Assembly: GCA_963745645.1 (NCBI GenBank)
Contig: CAVUYD010000004.1
Location: 428,010-492,009, forward strand
Reading direction: 5' to 3'
Length of the DNA stretch: 64,000 bases
Source of the DNA: an uncultured Actinomycetes bacterium
GTDB taxonomy: Bacteria > Actinomycetota > Acidimicrobiia > IMCC26256 > PALSA-610
Shown here piece after piece: positions 27,250 through 37,538 of this stretch. Position 1 is the first letter of the stretch; every line of letters starts with the position of its first letter. Both the position numbers and the translations under genes were made by a program. A model generated the notes under the pieces. It was not told the origin of the DNA, ran no database searches, and saw only the letters and a program-made list of their open reading frames with translations.

Positions 27250-28455
27250 ATGATCGAGACGCTGCGCTCGGTGCTGCGCTTCGGCCCGGTGGAGCGCGAT
27301 CCGGTGGCCCGCCGGCTCGCGCGTGGCGTGAACGTGGCCGACCTGCGCCGCATCGCCCGCCGCCGCTTGCCGCGCGGCGTCTTCGACTACATCGACGGCG
27401 GTGCCGAGGACGAACGCACGCTGGCGGCGAACTCGGCGGCCTATGCCCGGATCGGCTTCCGGCCGCGTGTCCTGCGCGACGTGAGTGCGGTCGATCCGTC
27501 GACGACGTTGCTCGGCCGCCGGCTCCCGATCCCGCTCGTGCTCGCGCCCACCGGCTTCACCCGCATCGCCGACCCGCAGGGCGAGCTGGCGGTCGCGCGC
27601 GCAGCCGCGCGTGCCGGCATCCCGTACACGCTCTCGACGCTGAGCACGCGTTCGATCGAGGAGGTCGCCGCGGTCAGCGCCGGGTCGAAGTGGTTCCAGG
27701 TCTACGTGTGGCGGGACCGGGGGGTCGTGAAGGAGATGGTCGACCGGGCGGCCGGCGCCGGTTACGAGGCGTTGATGCTCACCGTCGACACCGCGGTCTT
27801 CGGCAAGCGCGAGCGTGACGTGCGACGCGGGTTCACGCTGCCGCCCAAGATCGGGCTGCGCACCCTTCTCGACGGTGCGGTGCACACCGGATGGACGTGG
27901 CAGTTCGTCCGCGCGGAGCCGATCAAGTTCGCGAACGTGACCGGGCTGGAAGTCGGCGACGGCTCCGACGCCGTCACGCTCGCCGACTACATCAACTCGC
28001 AGTTCGACCCGAGTCTGTCGTGGACGGACGTGGAGTGGCTGCGATCGATCTGGAGCGGGCCGATCGTCGTGAAAGGTGTGCAGACCGTCGAGGACGCGGC
28101 CATCGCATCGCAACTCGGGATCGACGCGATCGCACTCTCGAACCACGGCGGCCGCCAACTCGATGGCGCGCCCGCGACGATCGACCTCGTGGCACCGGTG
28201 CGCGATGCCGTCGGCAACGCGCTGCAGGTCATCTGTGACGGTGGCGTCCGGCGCGGGAGCGACATCGTGAAGGCGGTTGCGCTCGGTGCGAACGCGTGCA
28301 TGGCCGGCCGCGCGTACCTGTACGGGCTCGGCGCGGCGGGGGAGCGGGGCGTCGACCACGTGCTCGACCTGCTCGCGGCCGACGTTCGGCGCACGATGGC
28401 GCTCGTTGGTGCCCGGTCGATCACCGATCTCACGCCCGAGCTCGTCGCGACGTGA
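27250..28455 (+). CDS. FMN-dependent alpha-hydroxy-acid dehydrogenase/oxidase (LldD/mandelate dehydrogenase family)
   Basis: The 401-aa ORF is intact. Matching motifs: 'FDYIDGGAEDERTLAANSAAYARIGFRPRVL', 'LTVDTAVFGKRERDVR', 'VVKGVQTVEDA', 'LSNHGGRQLDGAPATI', 'DGGVRRGSDIVKAVALGA'. Confidence 0.9.
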   Translation: MIETLRSVLRFGPVERDPVARRLARGVNVADLRRIARRRLPRGVFDYIDGGAEDERTLAANSAAYARIGFRPRVLRDVSAVDPSTTLLGRRLPIPLVLAPTGFTRIADPQGELAVARAAARAGIPYTLSTLSTRSIEEVAAVSAGSKWFQVYVWRDRGVVKEMVDRAAGAGYEALMLTVDTAVFGKRERDVRRGFTLPPKIGLRTLLDGAVHTGWTWQFVRAEPIKFANVTGLEVGDGSDAVTLADYINSQFDPSLSWTDVEWLRSIWSGPIVVKGVQTVEDAAIASQLGIDAIALSNHGGRQLDGAPATIDLVAPVRDAVGNALQVICDGGVRRGSDIVKAVALGANACMAGRAYLYGLGAAGERGVDHVLDLLAADVRRTMALVGARSITDLTPELVAT

Positions 28456-28534
28456 ACGCGCGATTCGGCCCGTTCGGCGAGTAGCGCTCGATCGCAGATG
28501 AAACGTTTGCCCGCGAAGGCACGTCAGAACGCAG

Positions 28535-29948
28535 ATGCGGGCGAACATCGCGCCGGCGGGCGGCCGGGCGGCCGATCTCGCACAGGCGACACCTGACGCA
28601 CGGGACCGGTACGTCGACTTCCTGCGGATCGCGTCGATCCTCGTCGTGGTCCTCGGCCACTGGCTGATGGCCGTGGTCGTGTGGGGCGGCCACGGCATCC
28701 ACGTGGGCAATGTGTTGGGGATGGTGCCGCGGTTGTGGCTGGCCACCTGGGTCCTCCAAGTGATGCCCGTGTTCTTCTTCGTCGGCGGGTTCGCGAACCT
28801 GGTGACCCTCGACAGTCTGCGCCGGCGCGGGCGCGGCACCAGCGAGTACCTGGCCGGCCGCGCGCAACGGCTCGTACGTCCGGTCGCGGTGTTGCTCGCG
28901 GTGTGGGTGCCAGTGTCGTTGCTCGCGAGCGCCCTCGGCGCCGACCCCAAGGTGCTCGGCGACGCCACCAAGGTCGTGTGCCAACCGCTCTGGTTCATCG
29001 GCGTGTACTTGATGGTGTCCGCGCTCGCGCCACCGATGCGCGACCTGCACGCGCGGCATCGCGCCCGTGCCCTGGTTGTATTGGCCGCGCTGGCGATCAT
29101 CGTCGACATCGCGCGGTTCGCCGGCGGCATCGACGTGCTCGCGTGGGCGAACATGCTGTTCGTCTGGCTGTTCGCGCAGCAGCTCGGCTTCTTCTACGCG
29201 GACGGCACCCTGGCGAAGTGGACGCGTCCGGCACTGTGGGCGGTCGCCGGTGCCGCCCTCACTGCGTTGATCGTGCTCACGACGTTCGGGCCGTACCCGC
29301 ACAGCATGGTCGGCCTACCGGGTGAGCGTGTCTCGAACATGGCGCCGCCGACGGTGTGCCTGCTCGTGCTCACGGTGTTGCAGGTCGCGGCTGGTGATGC
29401 TCGCGCGCGGTGCCGTGTCCAGGTGGTTGCAGCGCGCACGCGTCTGGACTGCTGTTGTTGCAGGCAACGGCGTCATCATGACGATCTTCCTCTGGCACTT
29501 GAGCGCGTTGCTCGTCACCGTGCTCGTGCTCTTTCCCATCGGGTTCCCGCAGCCGGCGGGCGGGAGTGCGCTGTGGTGGGTGACCCGACCGCTGTGGATC
29601 GCGTGCGCCGCGATACCGCTCGCGGGATTCGTCGGGCTGCTCGGTCGCTTCGAACGACCGCGCCCGGTCGCGTTCATGGCAACCTCGGCGCACGCGACCT
29701 GGCGAGCCGGCATCGGTACCGCGCTGCTCGGGCTCGGGATCTGCGGCATCGCGAGCGGCACACTGCGCGACATCGTGCACGGAAGCGCTCGACTCGTGCT
29801 CGTCGACCTGTCACCGTTGCAGGCGATGGCCGTCGCAGGCGCGGGTTGGTTGCTGCTCCGAGGATCGGTGCACGACGAGACGCGCCGCGTCCGTGAGCGT
29901 GGCGCGAGTCAGTCGACGATCGCCGGGTACACCAGCGTCTTGAGCTGA
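28535..29948 (+). pseudogene. Acyltransferase family 3 (membrane O-acyltransferase); one frameshift near 29390
   Basis: ORF 28535..29896 contains 'RYVDFLRIASILVVVLGHWLM...PVFFFVGGF' and multiple TM helices. The C-terminal TM region 'WTAVVAGNGVIMTIFLWHLSALLVTVLVLFPIGFP' is in ORF 29322..29948. Confidence 0.75.
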
Positions 29949-31185
29949 CCGCGGAAGTTGAACGTGCCGGACGGCATGAGCTGCGTCATGAACACGACGA
30001 CCAGCTCCTCGGTCGGATCCACCCAGAAGATGGTCGACGCCGCGCCGCCCCACATGTACTCGCCCGCAGTGCCGATCGTCTGGTTGGCGACGGGCCCGAG
30101 GCTGACCGCCATCGTGAGCCCGAAACCGGCGCCGTCGAACCCGACTTCGCCGTAGCCACCCGGGAGCGCGAACTGGCGCAGCTCCCCGCCGCCGGGCAGG
30201 TGGTTCTGCGTCATGAGCTCGACCGTCTTCCGGCCGAGGATCCGCACGCCGTCGAGCTCGCCGCCGTTGCACAGCATCTGCGCGAAGCGGAGGTAGTCGG
30301 CGGTCGTCGAGACGAGGCCGCCGCCGCCCGACAGGAACGTGCGCGGCGTGCGGTAGCCGCTCTGCATCGGATCCTCGACGAGCCGCAGCGACTTGTCGCG
30401 CGCGCGTCCGTAGTTCGCGGCGAAGCGGTCGATCTTGTCGTCGGGGACGACGAAGCCGGTGTCCTCGAGGCCGAGCGGCGAGAAGATCGTCTCCTCGAGG
30501 TACTCGTCGAAGCGACGGCCCGAGATGATCTCGACGAGCCGGGCGCAGACGTCGGTCGACAGGGAGTAGAACCAGTGCTCGCCGGGGTGGAACCGCAGGG
30601 GTCGTTCGGCCAGGCGATCGACGAGCCCGGCCAGCGTCCAATCGGCGTCGAGCGGATTCGCGACGCCGGCCGCCCACCGCGACTCCCCGGTGGCGTCGGT
30701 CGCTTCGGTCGCGACACCGAACGGTGCCGCGCGCCCGCCCCACCCGAGGCCCGTCATGTGCATCATCGCGTCGCGTACCGTCATCGGCCGGTGCGGCTCG
30801 ACGAGCGTCGCGGTGCCGTCGTCTGACTTCTCGCGGACCTTCAGGTCCTTCCACGCCGGGATGTAGCGCGCGATGGGATCGCCGAGCTGGAAGCGCCCCT
30901 GTTCGTAGAGGGACATCAACGCCACGCCGGTGATCGGTTTCGTCATCGAGAAGATGCGCCAGATCGTGTCGTCCTGCACCGGCTGTTCGCGCTCGCGGTC
31001 CATCACGCCGAACGATCGGAAGTAGCCGACGCTCCCGTGGCGCGCGACCGCGACCTGACAACCCGCGATGCGCCCGCGTGCTCGATGTACTCCTCCGACA
31101 AGTGCCGCGTGATGTGTTCCAGCCGGGACGGGTCCAGGCCGGCTGCGTCCGCGTCGACCTTGTGCAGCTCGAGGGACCCGCTCAC
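29909..31185 (-). pseudogene. Serine hydrolase (class C beta-lactamase/esterase family); one frameshift near 31075
   Basis: ORF 29909..31441 has the SxxK active site 'IFSMTKPITGVALMSLYEQGRFQLGDPI'. The N-terminus 'VSGSLELHKVDADAAGLDPSRLEHITRHLSEEYIEHAG' is in the frame of ORF 31003..32169. GTG 31185 overlaps the TGA of the upstream aldo/keto reductase (GTGA). Confidence 0.8.
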
Positions 31186-32216
31186 CGCGCACCCGCCGGA
31201 CGCCGGCGGCGCCAGGCCTGACCGAGCGCGGGGTGGGCCCAACCCGCTTCGCCCCGATTGACGTTGGTGCCCGGCGGAACGAGCGCGTCGATGCGGTCGA
31301 GGGTCTCGTCGTCGAGGGCGACGTCTGATTCGAGCAACCCCTCGAGCTGCTCCATCGTGCGCGGGCCGATGATCGCGGCGCTGACCGCCGGATGCGCGAG
31401 CGTGAACCCGATCGCGAGGCGCGCGAGCGGCATGCCCGCATCCGCCGCGACCTTCTCCAGCTCGGGGACCAGCGCGAGCTTGCGCTGCACGGCCGGGCGT
31501 TCGGGGTCGAACCGCTCCGGGGTGCGTGCGGCGCGCCCGGAGGTGGGCGCGGCCTCGCCCGGCCGGTAGCGACCGGTGAGGAAGCCGCCGTTCAGCGGGC
31601 TCCAGGGAATCACGCCCATTCCGTACTGCTCGCACATCGGCAGCACTGACTCCTCGATGCCCCGCACGAAGATCGAGTACGGCGGTTGCTCCACCCGGAA
31701 GCGTTCGTGGCCACGTCGTTCCGCGGTCCACTGCGCTTCGACGATGGCTTCCGCCGGGAACGTCGACGACCCGAGGTAGTTCACCTTCCCTTGGTGCACG
31801 AGGTCCGAGAGCGCCGAGAGCGTGTCGTCGATGTCGGTGCCGGGTTCGGGCCGGTGCACTTGGTAGAGGTCGATGTAGTCGGTGTCGAGCCGCCGCAGGC
31901 TGTTCTCGACCTCGCGGACGATCCAGCGGCGGGAGTTCCCCTTCTCGTTCGGGTCGGAGCTCATCGGCGTGTGCAACTTGGTCGCGAGCACGATGCCGTC
32001 GCGCCGGCCTTTCAGCGCCTGGCCGACGATCTGCTCCGACTCGCCCGCCGAGTAGACGTCCGCGGTGTCGACGAAGTTGATGCCCGCGTCGAGCGCGCGG
32101 TGGATGATCCGGATGCAGTCGTCGTGGTCCGGATTCCCCATCGCGCCGAACATCATGGCGCCGAGGCACAGCGGGCTGACCTTGACCCCGGTGGTTCCGA
32201 GCGAGCGGTAGCGCAT
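31182..32216 (-). CDS. Aldo/keto reductase
   Basis: Read from 'MRYRSLGTTGVKVSPLCLGAMMFG' the frame is intact. Matching motifs: 'GINFVDTADVYSAGESEQIVG', 'VLATKL', 'DYIDLYQVHRPEP', 'YLGSSTFPA'. The annotated ORF extends 20 codons further upstream. Confidence 0.9.
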   Translation of the reverse strand: MRYRSLGTTGVKVSPLCLGAMMFGAMGNPDHDDCIRIIHRALDAGINFVDTADVYSAGESEQIVGQALKGRRDGIVLATKLHTPMSSDPNEKGNSRRWIVREVENSLRRLDTDYIDLYQVHRPEPGTDIDDTLSALSDLVHQGKVNYLGSSTFPAEAIVEAQWTAERRGHERFRVEQPPYSIFVRGIEESVLPMCEQYGMGVIPWSPLNGGFLTGRYRPGEAAPTSGRAARTPERFDPERPAVQRKLALVPELEKVAADAGMPLARLAIGFTLAHPAVSAAIIGPRTMEQLEGLLESDVALDDETLDRIDALVPPGTNVNRGEAGWAHPALGQAWRRRRPAGAR

Positions 32217-32386
32217 GGGTCTTGCTCCTGGTCGCGGTGTCGCGGAACCGTTCCCTGCCTGCCGGGCCCCGGTCAAGTCTGCCGTGACCCGGCGGTCAAG
32301 TCGGTGCCCGCGGCGCCCGGCGATTCTCAGGGACCTCTCGGCTGGCGCGGAGTGCGCTCACATGCACCATCGCGAAGCTGACGACC

Positions 32387-33564
32387 ATGCAGCCCGCGCC
32401 CGACCGATCAGCACCACGGGAGGCGGTCGACCTCCCGCCGGCCGCGCCGATCGTGGACATCGTCGTGCCGGTCCACAACGAGATCGGCGCGCTCGAGGAG
32501 AGCATCCGCCGGCTGCACGCGTACCTCGGAGCCGGGTTTCCGTTCGCGTGGCGGATCACGATCGTCGACAACGGGTCGACGGACGGCACCGCTGTCGCGG
32601 CCGCGAACCTCGCACTCGAGCTCGACCGCGTCCGCGCACTCCGCCTCGACCGCAAGGGTCGCGGGTTCGCGCTGCGCTCGGCCTGGAGCGCGAGCGACGC
32701 GGCGGTCTTCGCGTACATGGACGTCGATCTGTCCACGGATCTCGACGCGCTCCTCCCGCTCGTCGCGCCACTCGTGTCCGGGCACTCCGACATCGCGATC
32801 GGTTCCCGACTCGCGCCCGGTGCATCCGTCGCGCGGTACCCGAAGCGGGAGTTCATCTCGCGCGCGTACAACGCGCTGTTGCGCACGGTGTTCGCCACGC
32901 CGGTGCGCGACGCGGAGTGTGGCTTCAAAGCGGTGCGCGGTGACGTTGCGAAGCGACTGCTTCCCGCGATCGAGGACAACGCGTGGTTCTTCGACACGGA
33001 GCTCCTGCTCCTCGCGCGAGCACAACGGCTTGCGGGTGCACGAGGTGCCCGTCGACTGGGTCGACGACGCCGACAGCCGGGTCGACCTGCGCCGGACCGC
33101 GCTCGACGACCTCGCGGGTGTCGTGCGCATGGCACGGACGTTCTGGACGGGCGGCGGCCGGATCGAGCTCGGTGATTCGACTCGCCCGCAGCTCGAAGAC
33201 GACTTCGGCCGCCGGCTCGTCCTCTTTGGTCTGATCGGCGCGGCGAGCACCTGCGTCTCGCTCGTCTTGTTCCTGCTGCTGCGCGCGCCCGTCGGTGCCG
33301 TTGTCGCCGAACGCGATCGCAGTGACGGCGACGTTCGCCGCGAACACGTGGGCGAACGCGCGTTTCACCGCGCACCGGGCCGAGCCCAACTGGCTCGGTG
33401 CGCTCGGTGTGTATGCCGGCGCGCTCGTGCTCACGTCGGTTGCGCTCCTCCTCGTCGGCGCGGCGGGCGGTGGCCTCGGCGTGGAGCTCGTAGTACTGCT
33501 CTCGACGTGGACCCTCGCCGCGATCGTGCGGCTCGCGCTCGTTTCGTCGTGGTCGTGGCGATGA
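32387..33564 (+). pseudogene. Family-2 glycosyltransferase (polyprenol-phosphate sugar synthase-like) fused to a GtrA-like membrane domain; at least 2 frameshifts
   Basis: ORF 32387..33175 contains 'IVVPVHNEIGALEESI...ITIVDNGSTDGT...YMDVDLSTD...RDAECGFKAV...FFDTELLLLA'. The reading continues 'GLRVHEVPVDWVDDADSRVDL' in ORF 32820..34097. The GtrA-like part 'NAIAVTATFAANTWANARFTAH...' is in ORF 33295..33564. Confidence 0.8.
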
Positions 33565-34056
33565 TCGGATTGCTGCGCCGGAACCCGATGTGCGGACGCG
33601 TCGTGCGCTGCTTCGGTGTGTCGATCGGCTCGACCGTGCTGACGGCGTTCGTCATCATCGTGCTCGCGCTCGGCTTCGGCGTACCGGGCGGCTACGCGAA
33701 CGTCGCCGCGGTGCTGATCAGCACCGGACCGTCGTACTTCGCGAACCGGCGCTGGGTGTGGGGCGTGCGCGAGCGCAGCAACTACGCTGCGCCAGGTTGC
33801 ACCGTTCTGGGCGCTGTCGATCTCCGGGTTGATCCTCTCGACGATTGCGGTCGGGTGGATGGACCGGCTCTCGACGGGGTGGCCGCCCGCCTTCCGGGCC
33901 TTCGCGCTGCCCTTCGCCAACCTCGCGGTCTACGGGGCGTTGTGGATCGTGCAGTTCGCGCTGCTGGAGCGCGTCATCTTCCGGGACCGAGTGACCGGCG
34001 ATCCTCCCCCCGCCGGCGCTCGATCCCGGACGACACCCGACCGCGTGGCCGCCTGA
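33561..34056 (+). pseudogene. GtrA family membrane protein; frameshift near 33790
   Basis: ATG 33561 overlaps the previous stop (ATGA). 'RCFGVSIGSTVLTAFVIIVLALGFGVPGGYANVAAVLISTGPSYFANRRWVWG' is in the frame of ORF 32820..34097. 'LILSTIAVGWMDRL...FANLAVYGALWIVQFALLERVIFR' is in ORF 33829..34056. Confidence 0.7.
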
Positions 34057-34093
34057 GGCGAACGCCGCACCCCATCCCCTCACCGGAGCAGCG

Positions 34094-36201
34094 ATGACTG
34101 CAATCCTCGATCCGCCCCCGACTCCCGAGCGGCCGCCGCTCGACCGGGGCACGGCAACCACTCCACCGACGCCGAACCGGTTCCACCGGGTGTGGCGCGG
34201 CCGCGACGACGATCCCTTGTGGGCGCGGCCGGCCCTGCTCGCGCTCCTCCTCGGCACCGCGGCCCTCTACCTCTGGGGGCTCGGCGCGTCCGGTTGGGCG
34301 AACTCGTACTACTCCGCCGCGGTGCAGGCCGGCACCAAGAGCTGGCGCGCGTTCTTCTTCGGTTCGTTCGACAGCTCGAACTTCATCTCGGTGGACAAGT
34401 CACCGGCCGTCGCTCTGGGTCATGGGTATCTCGGCGCGGCTGTTCGGCGTCAATGCCTGGAGCATCCTCGTGCCGCAGGCGCTCGAAGGCGTCGCCGCCG
34501 TCGGCGTGCTGTACGCGACCGTGCGCCGCTGGTTCTCGCCCGCCGCGGCGTTGGCCGCGGGCGCGGTACTCGCGACCAGTCCGGTCGCGGCGCTCATGTT
34601 CCGGTTCAACAACCCCGACGCGTTGCTCGTACTGCTGCTCGTCGGTGGCGCGTACGCGATGACACGCGCGCTCGAGTCCGGCCGCACGACGTGGCTGCTC
34701 CTCGCGTTCTCGTTCGTCGGCTTCGGCTTCTTGGCGAAGATGCTGCAGGCGCTGCTCGTCGTGCCCGCGTTCGGACTCGTCTACCTTTTCGCCGGGCCGC
34801 CGCAGCTCGGCCGCCGCATCGGCCAGCTCGCACTCGGCGCGGTCGCGCTGCTCGTGTCCGCGGGGTGGTGGATCGCGGCGGTGCAGCTGACACCTGCCTC
34901 CGCGCGGCCGTACGTCGGTGGCTCGCAGGACAACAGCCTCTGGAACCTGATCTTCGGGTACAACGGCTTCGGCCGCCTCACCGGCAACGAGACCGGGAGT
35001 GTCGGCGGCGGTCCGCCGGGCGGCGGTCCGCAGGGCGGCGGACAGTGGGGCCCCACGGGGATCCTGCGGATGTTCAACACGGAGTTCGGTGGACAGATCT
35101 CGTGGCTGCTGCCCGCTGCGTTGCTCCTCCTCGCCGGGGGACTGCTCTTCACGGTGCGGGCGCCGCGGACCGACCGCAGCCGGGCGGCCTTGCTGCTGTG
35201 GGGTGGCTGGCTGCTCGTGACCGGTGTCGCGTTCAGCCTCGGCCAAGGCATCATCCACCCGTACTACTCCGTGGCGCTCGCACCCGCGATCGGTGCGCTC
35301 ATCGGGATCGGTGCCTACGTGTTGTGGCAGCACCGCGTCAACATCGCGGCCCGCCTCTTTCTCGCGGCCGCGGTGTTCGCGACCTCGTGGTGGTCCGTGC
35401 AGCTGCTCCAGCGTTCCGGAGACTGGCAATCGTGGTTGCGGCCGGTCGTGCTGGTCGGCGGCATCACCATTGCGGTCGCGTTGGTCGTGTGGCAGGCCGA
35501 GTGGCACCGCGCCGTCGCGGCCCTCGCCGCCGGCGCGGCCGTCGTGGGGCTCGCCGGACCCGCCGCGTACGCGATCGACACTGCGGCGACGGCCCACGTG
35601 GGCGCCATCCCGTCGGCCGGGCCCGCCACCCTCGGCGGTACCGGGGCGTTCGGCCCGCGCGTGCCTCTCGGCAACGGTGTCCCCACGGGCCTGCCCACCG
35701 GGGACTTCGGTGCGCCGCCGGGTGGTTTCAACGGAACCCAACCCGGGTTCGCCGGACGGGGATTCGGTGGTGGCCCGACGGGTGGCGCGCGCGGCGGACT
35801 GTTGGACGCGAGTGCGCCGAGCTCGGAATTGACTGCGTTGCTCGACGCGGACGCGAGCCAGTACCGCTGGGTCGCCGCGACGATCGGCGCGAACACCGCC
35901 TCCGGCTACCAACTGGCGACGAACGACGCGGTGATGGCGATCGGCGGTTTCAACGGCACCGACCCGACACCGACGCTCGCACAGTTCCAGCAGTACGTCG
36001 CCGACGGCGACATCCACTACTTCATCGGCGGTGGGTTGGGTGGCGGCTTCGGCGGTCCGTTCGGCGCATCGAGCGCGAGCACGTCGAGCGAGATCTCGGC
36101 GTGGGTGCAGGCGAACTTCTCCTCGACGACCGTCGGAGAACGTCACCCTCTACGACCTCACCGCGTCGCGGTCGAGGAGCCCTGTACATTCCACGCCGTG
36201 A
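34094..36201 (+). pseudogene. Family-39 glycosyltransferase (PMT/ArnT-like, polyprenol-phosphate-sugar dependent); frameshifts near 34410 and 36135
   Basis: N-terminus in ORF 34094..36241: 'ALYLWGLGASGWANSYYSAAVQAGTKSWRAFFFGSFDSSNFISVDK'. The body is in ORF 34422..36479 with more than 10 TM helices, then the periplasmic tail 'YRWVAATIGANTASGYQLATNDAVMAIGGFNGTDPTPTLAQFQQYVADGDIHYFI'. The predicted end is 'VTLYDLTAS...' with TGA at 36199-36201. Confidence 0.8.
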
Positions 36202-36992
36202 GCGCCGAACCCGCGGGAAGCGTTCGCGTCGAGGTCACTGATCACATCGCGACGGTCATGCTCGACCGCCCGCCCGTGAACGCGATCGACAACGCGACGT
36301 ACGCCGAGATCGCCGGAATCTTCACGTCGTTTCGCGACGACCGGGACGTGCGCGTCGCGATCTTCACCGCCGCGGGCGACCGGGCCTTCATCGCCGGCAT
36401 CGACCTGAAGACGTACGGCCAAACCGACGGGCGACCCGCCGGCCGGCCTCGTGATCGATCCCGCGCGGCCATCGCGTGACGCGATGTGGGCGATCACCGA
36501 TTGTGCGGTGCCGGTGATCGGCGCGATCAACGGACCTGCGCTCGGCGCCGGGCTCGCCCTCGCCGCGTGTTGCGACATCCTCGTGGCGTCCGAGAACGCG
36601 ACGTTCGGCACGACGGAGATCAACGTCGGGCTGCTGGGTGCGAGCGCCCACCTCTCGCTGCTCGTCGGCCGGCACAAGGCGCGTGAGATGTTCTTCACCG
36701 GAGAACAGGTGCCGGCGGCGGAGCTCTACCGCATCGGCGCGGTGCGCGCGGTCGTGCCGCGCGCCGAGTTGCTGCCCGCCGGCTCGCGACGTTGGCGGCG
36801 ACGCTCGCGGCGAAGAGCCCGATCGCGTTGCGGCTCGCGAAGGAGTCGATGAACCGCGTCGAGTTCATGCCACTTAAGGACGCGTATCGCACCGAGCAGG
36901 ACTACACCGCGAAGCTGTTGCGGTACGAGGACGCGAGCGAAGCGCGCCAGGCTTTTCTCGACGAGCGCGACCCCGAATGGAAGTGGAAGTAG
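36198..36992 (+). pseudogene. Enoyl-CoA hydratase/isomerase (crotonase) family; at least 2 frameshifts
   Basis: GTG 36198 overlaps the GT39 stop (GTGA). 'VEVTDHIATVMLDRPPVNAIDNATYAEIAGIFTSFRDDRDVRVAIFTAAGDRAFIAGIDLK' is in the tail of ORF 34422..36479. 'PVIGAINGPALGAGLALAACCDILVASENATFGTTEINVGL' is in ORF 36451..36852. 'SPIALRLAKESMN...EARQAFLDERDPEWKWK' is in ORF 36792..36992. Confidence 0.8.
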
Positions 36993-37016
36993 GCGCGGTC
37001 GTTCAACGCCCAGGAC

Positions 37017-37436
37017 TCATTTGGCGTCGTCGACCGTGAGCCCGACCTCTTGGCCGAACGAGATCTCGAGGTTGTGACCGTCGGGATCGACGATGTACGC
37101 CCAGTAGCCGACGGGCGGCCCGAGTCGATCGGGACCGAACACGGAGCGTCCTTCGCTGCGCGCGAGTTCGCACAGGTCGTCGACGTCCTCGCGGCTCGCG
37201 ACGCCGAGGCCGACGTGGCGATACGTCCCGCCGAGGCGCTGCTCCGGGTCCGGCGCGAGTGCCGGAACCTCGATCAGCACCAGGACGAACGGCCTGGTCA
37301 GGTCGCTGATCCAGGCCACCGACGTACCGGAGTCGGGGTCGGTGCGCCGGTGCACGACCTGCATGCGCGGCGAAGCGCGCGTAGAAATCGAGGCTCGTCG
37401 TCGAGGTCGCGACACGGGCAGAGCGACGTGCGTCAC
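37017..37436 (-). CDS. VOC/glyoxalase family protein (probable compensated frameshift pair near the 5' end)
   Basis: The 139-aa ORF reads 'MTHVALPVS...' then 'HVGLGVASREDVDDLCELARSEG...GYWAYIVDPDGHNLEISFGQ'. The expected motif 'SLDFYARFA' appears only in the alternative frame (ORF 37003..37455) across about 37370..37410. Confidence 0.7.
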   Translation of the reverse strand: MTHVALPVSRPRRRASISTRASPRMQVVHRRTDPDSGTSVAWISDLTRPFVLVLIEVPALAPDPEQRLGGTYRHVGLGVASREDVDDLCELARSEGRSVFGPDRLGPPVGYWAYIVDPDGHNLEISFGQEVGLTVDDAK

Positions 37437-37538
37437 ACCATGATCGACCCGTCACGGGCGATCAGCCGCCACCGGATGAGGCGCGTACGCGACGCGTCTG
37501 CGCTTGCGCGTGCTGCGCCGGTACACTCCTTCCTCCTT

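Noticed and set aside
25831-29154. 1107-aa ORF on the minus strand, the longest ORF in the window.
   Set aside because: It runs antisense to four well-supported plus-strand genes (HIT region, SIP, LldD-like, acyltransferase). Its composition is Arg/Ala/Pro/Gly-rich with no motifs. This is a typical shadow ORF of very GC-rich DNA.
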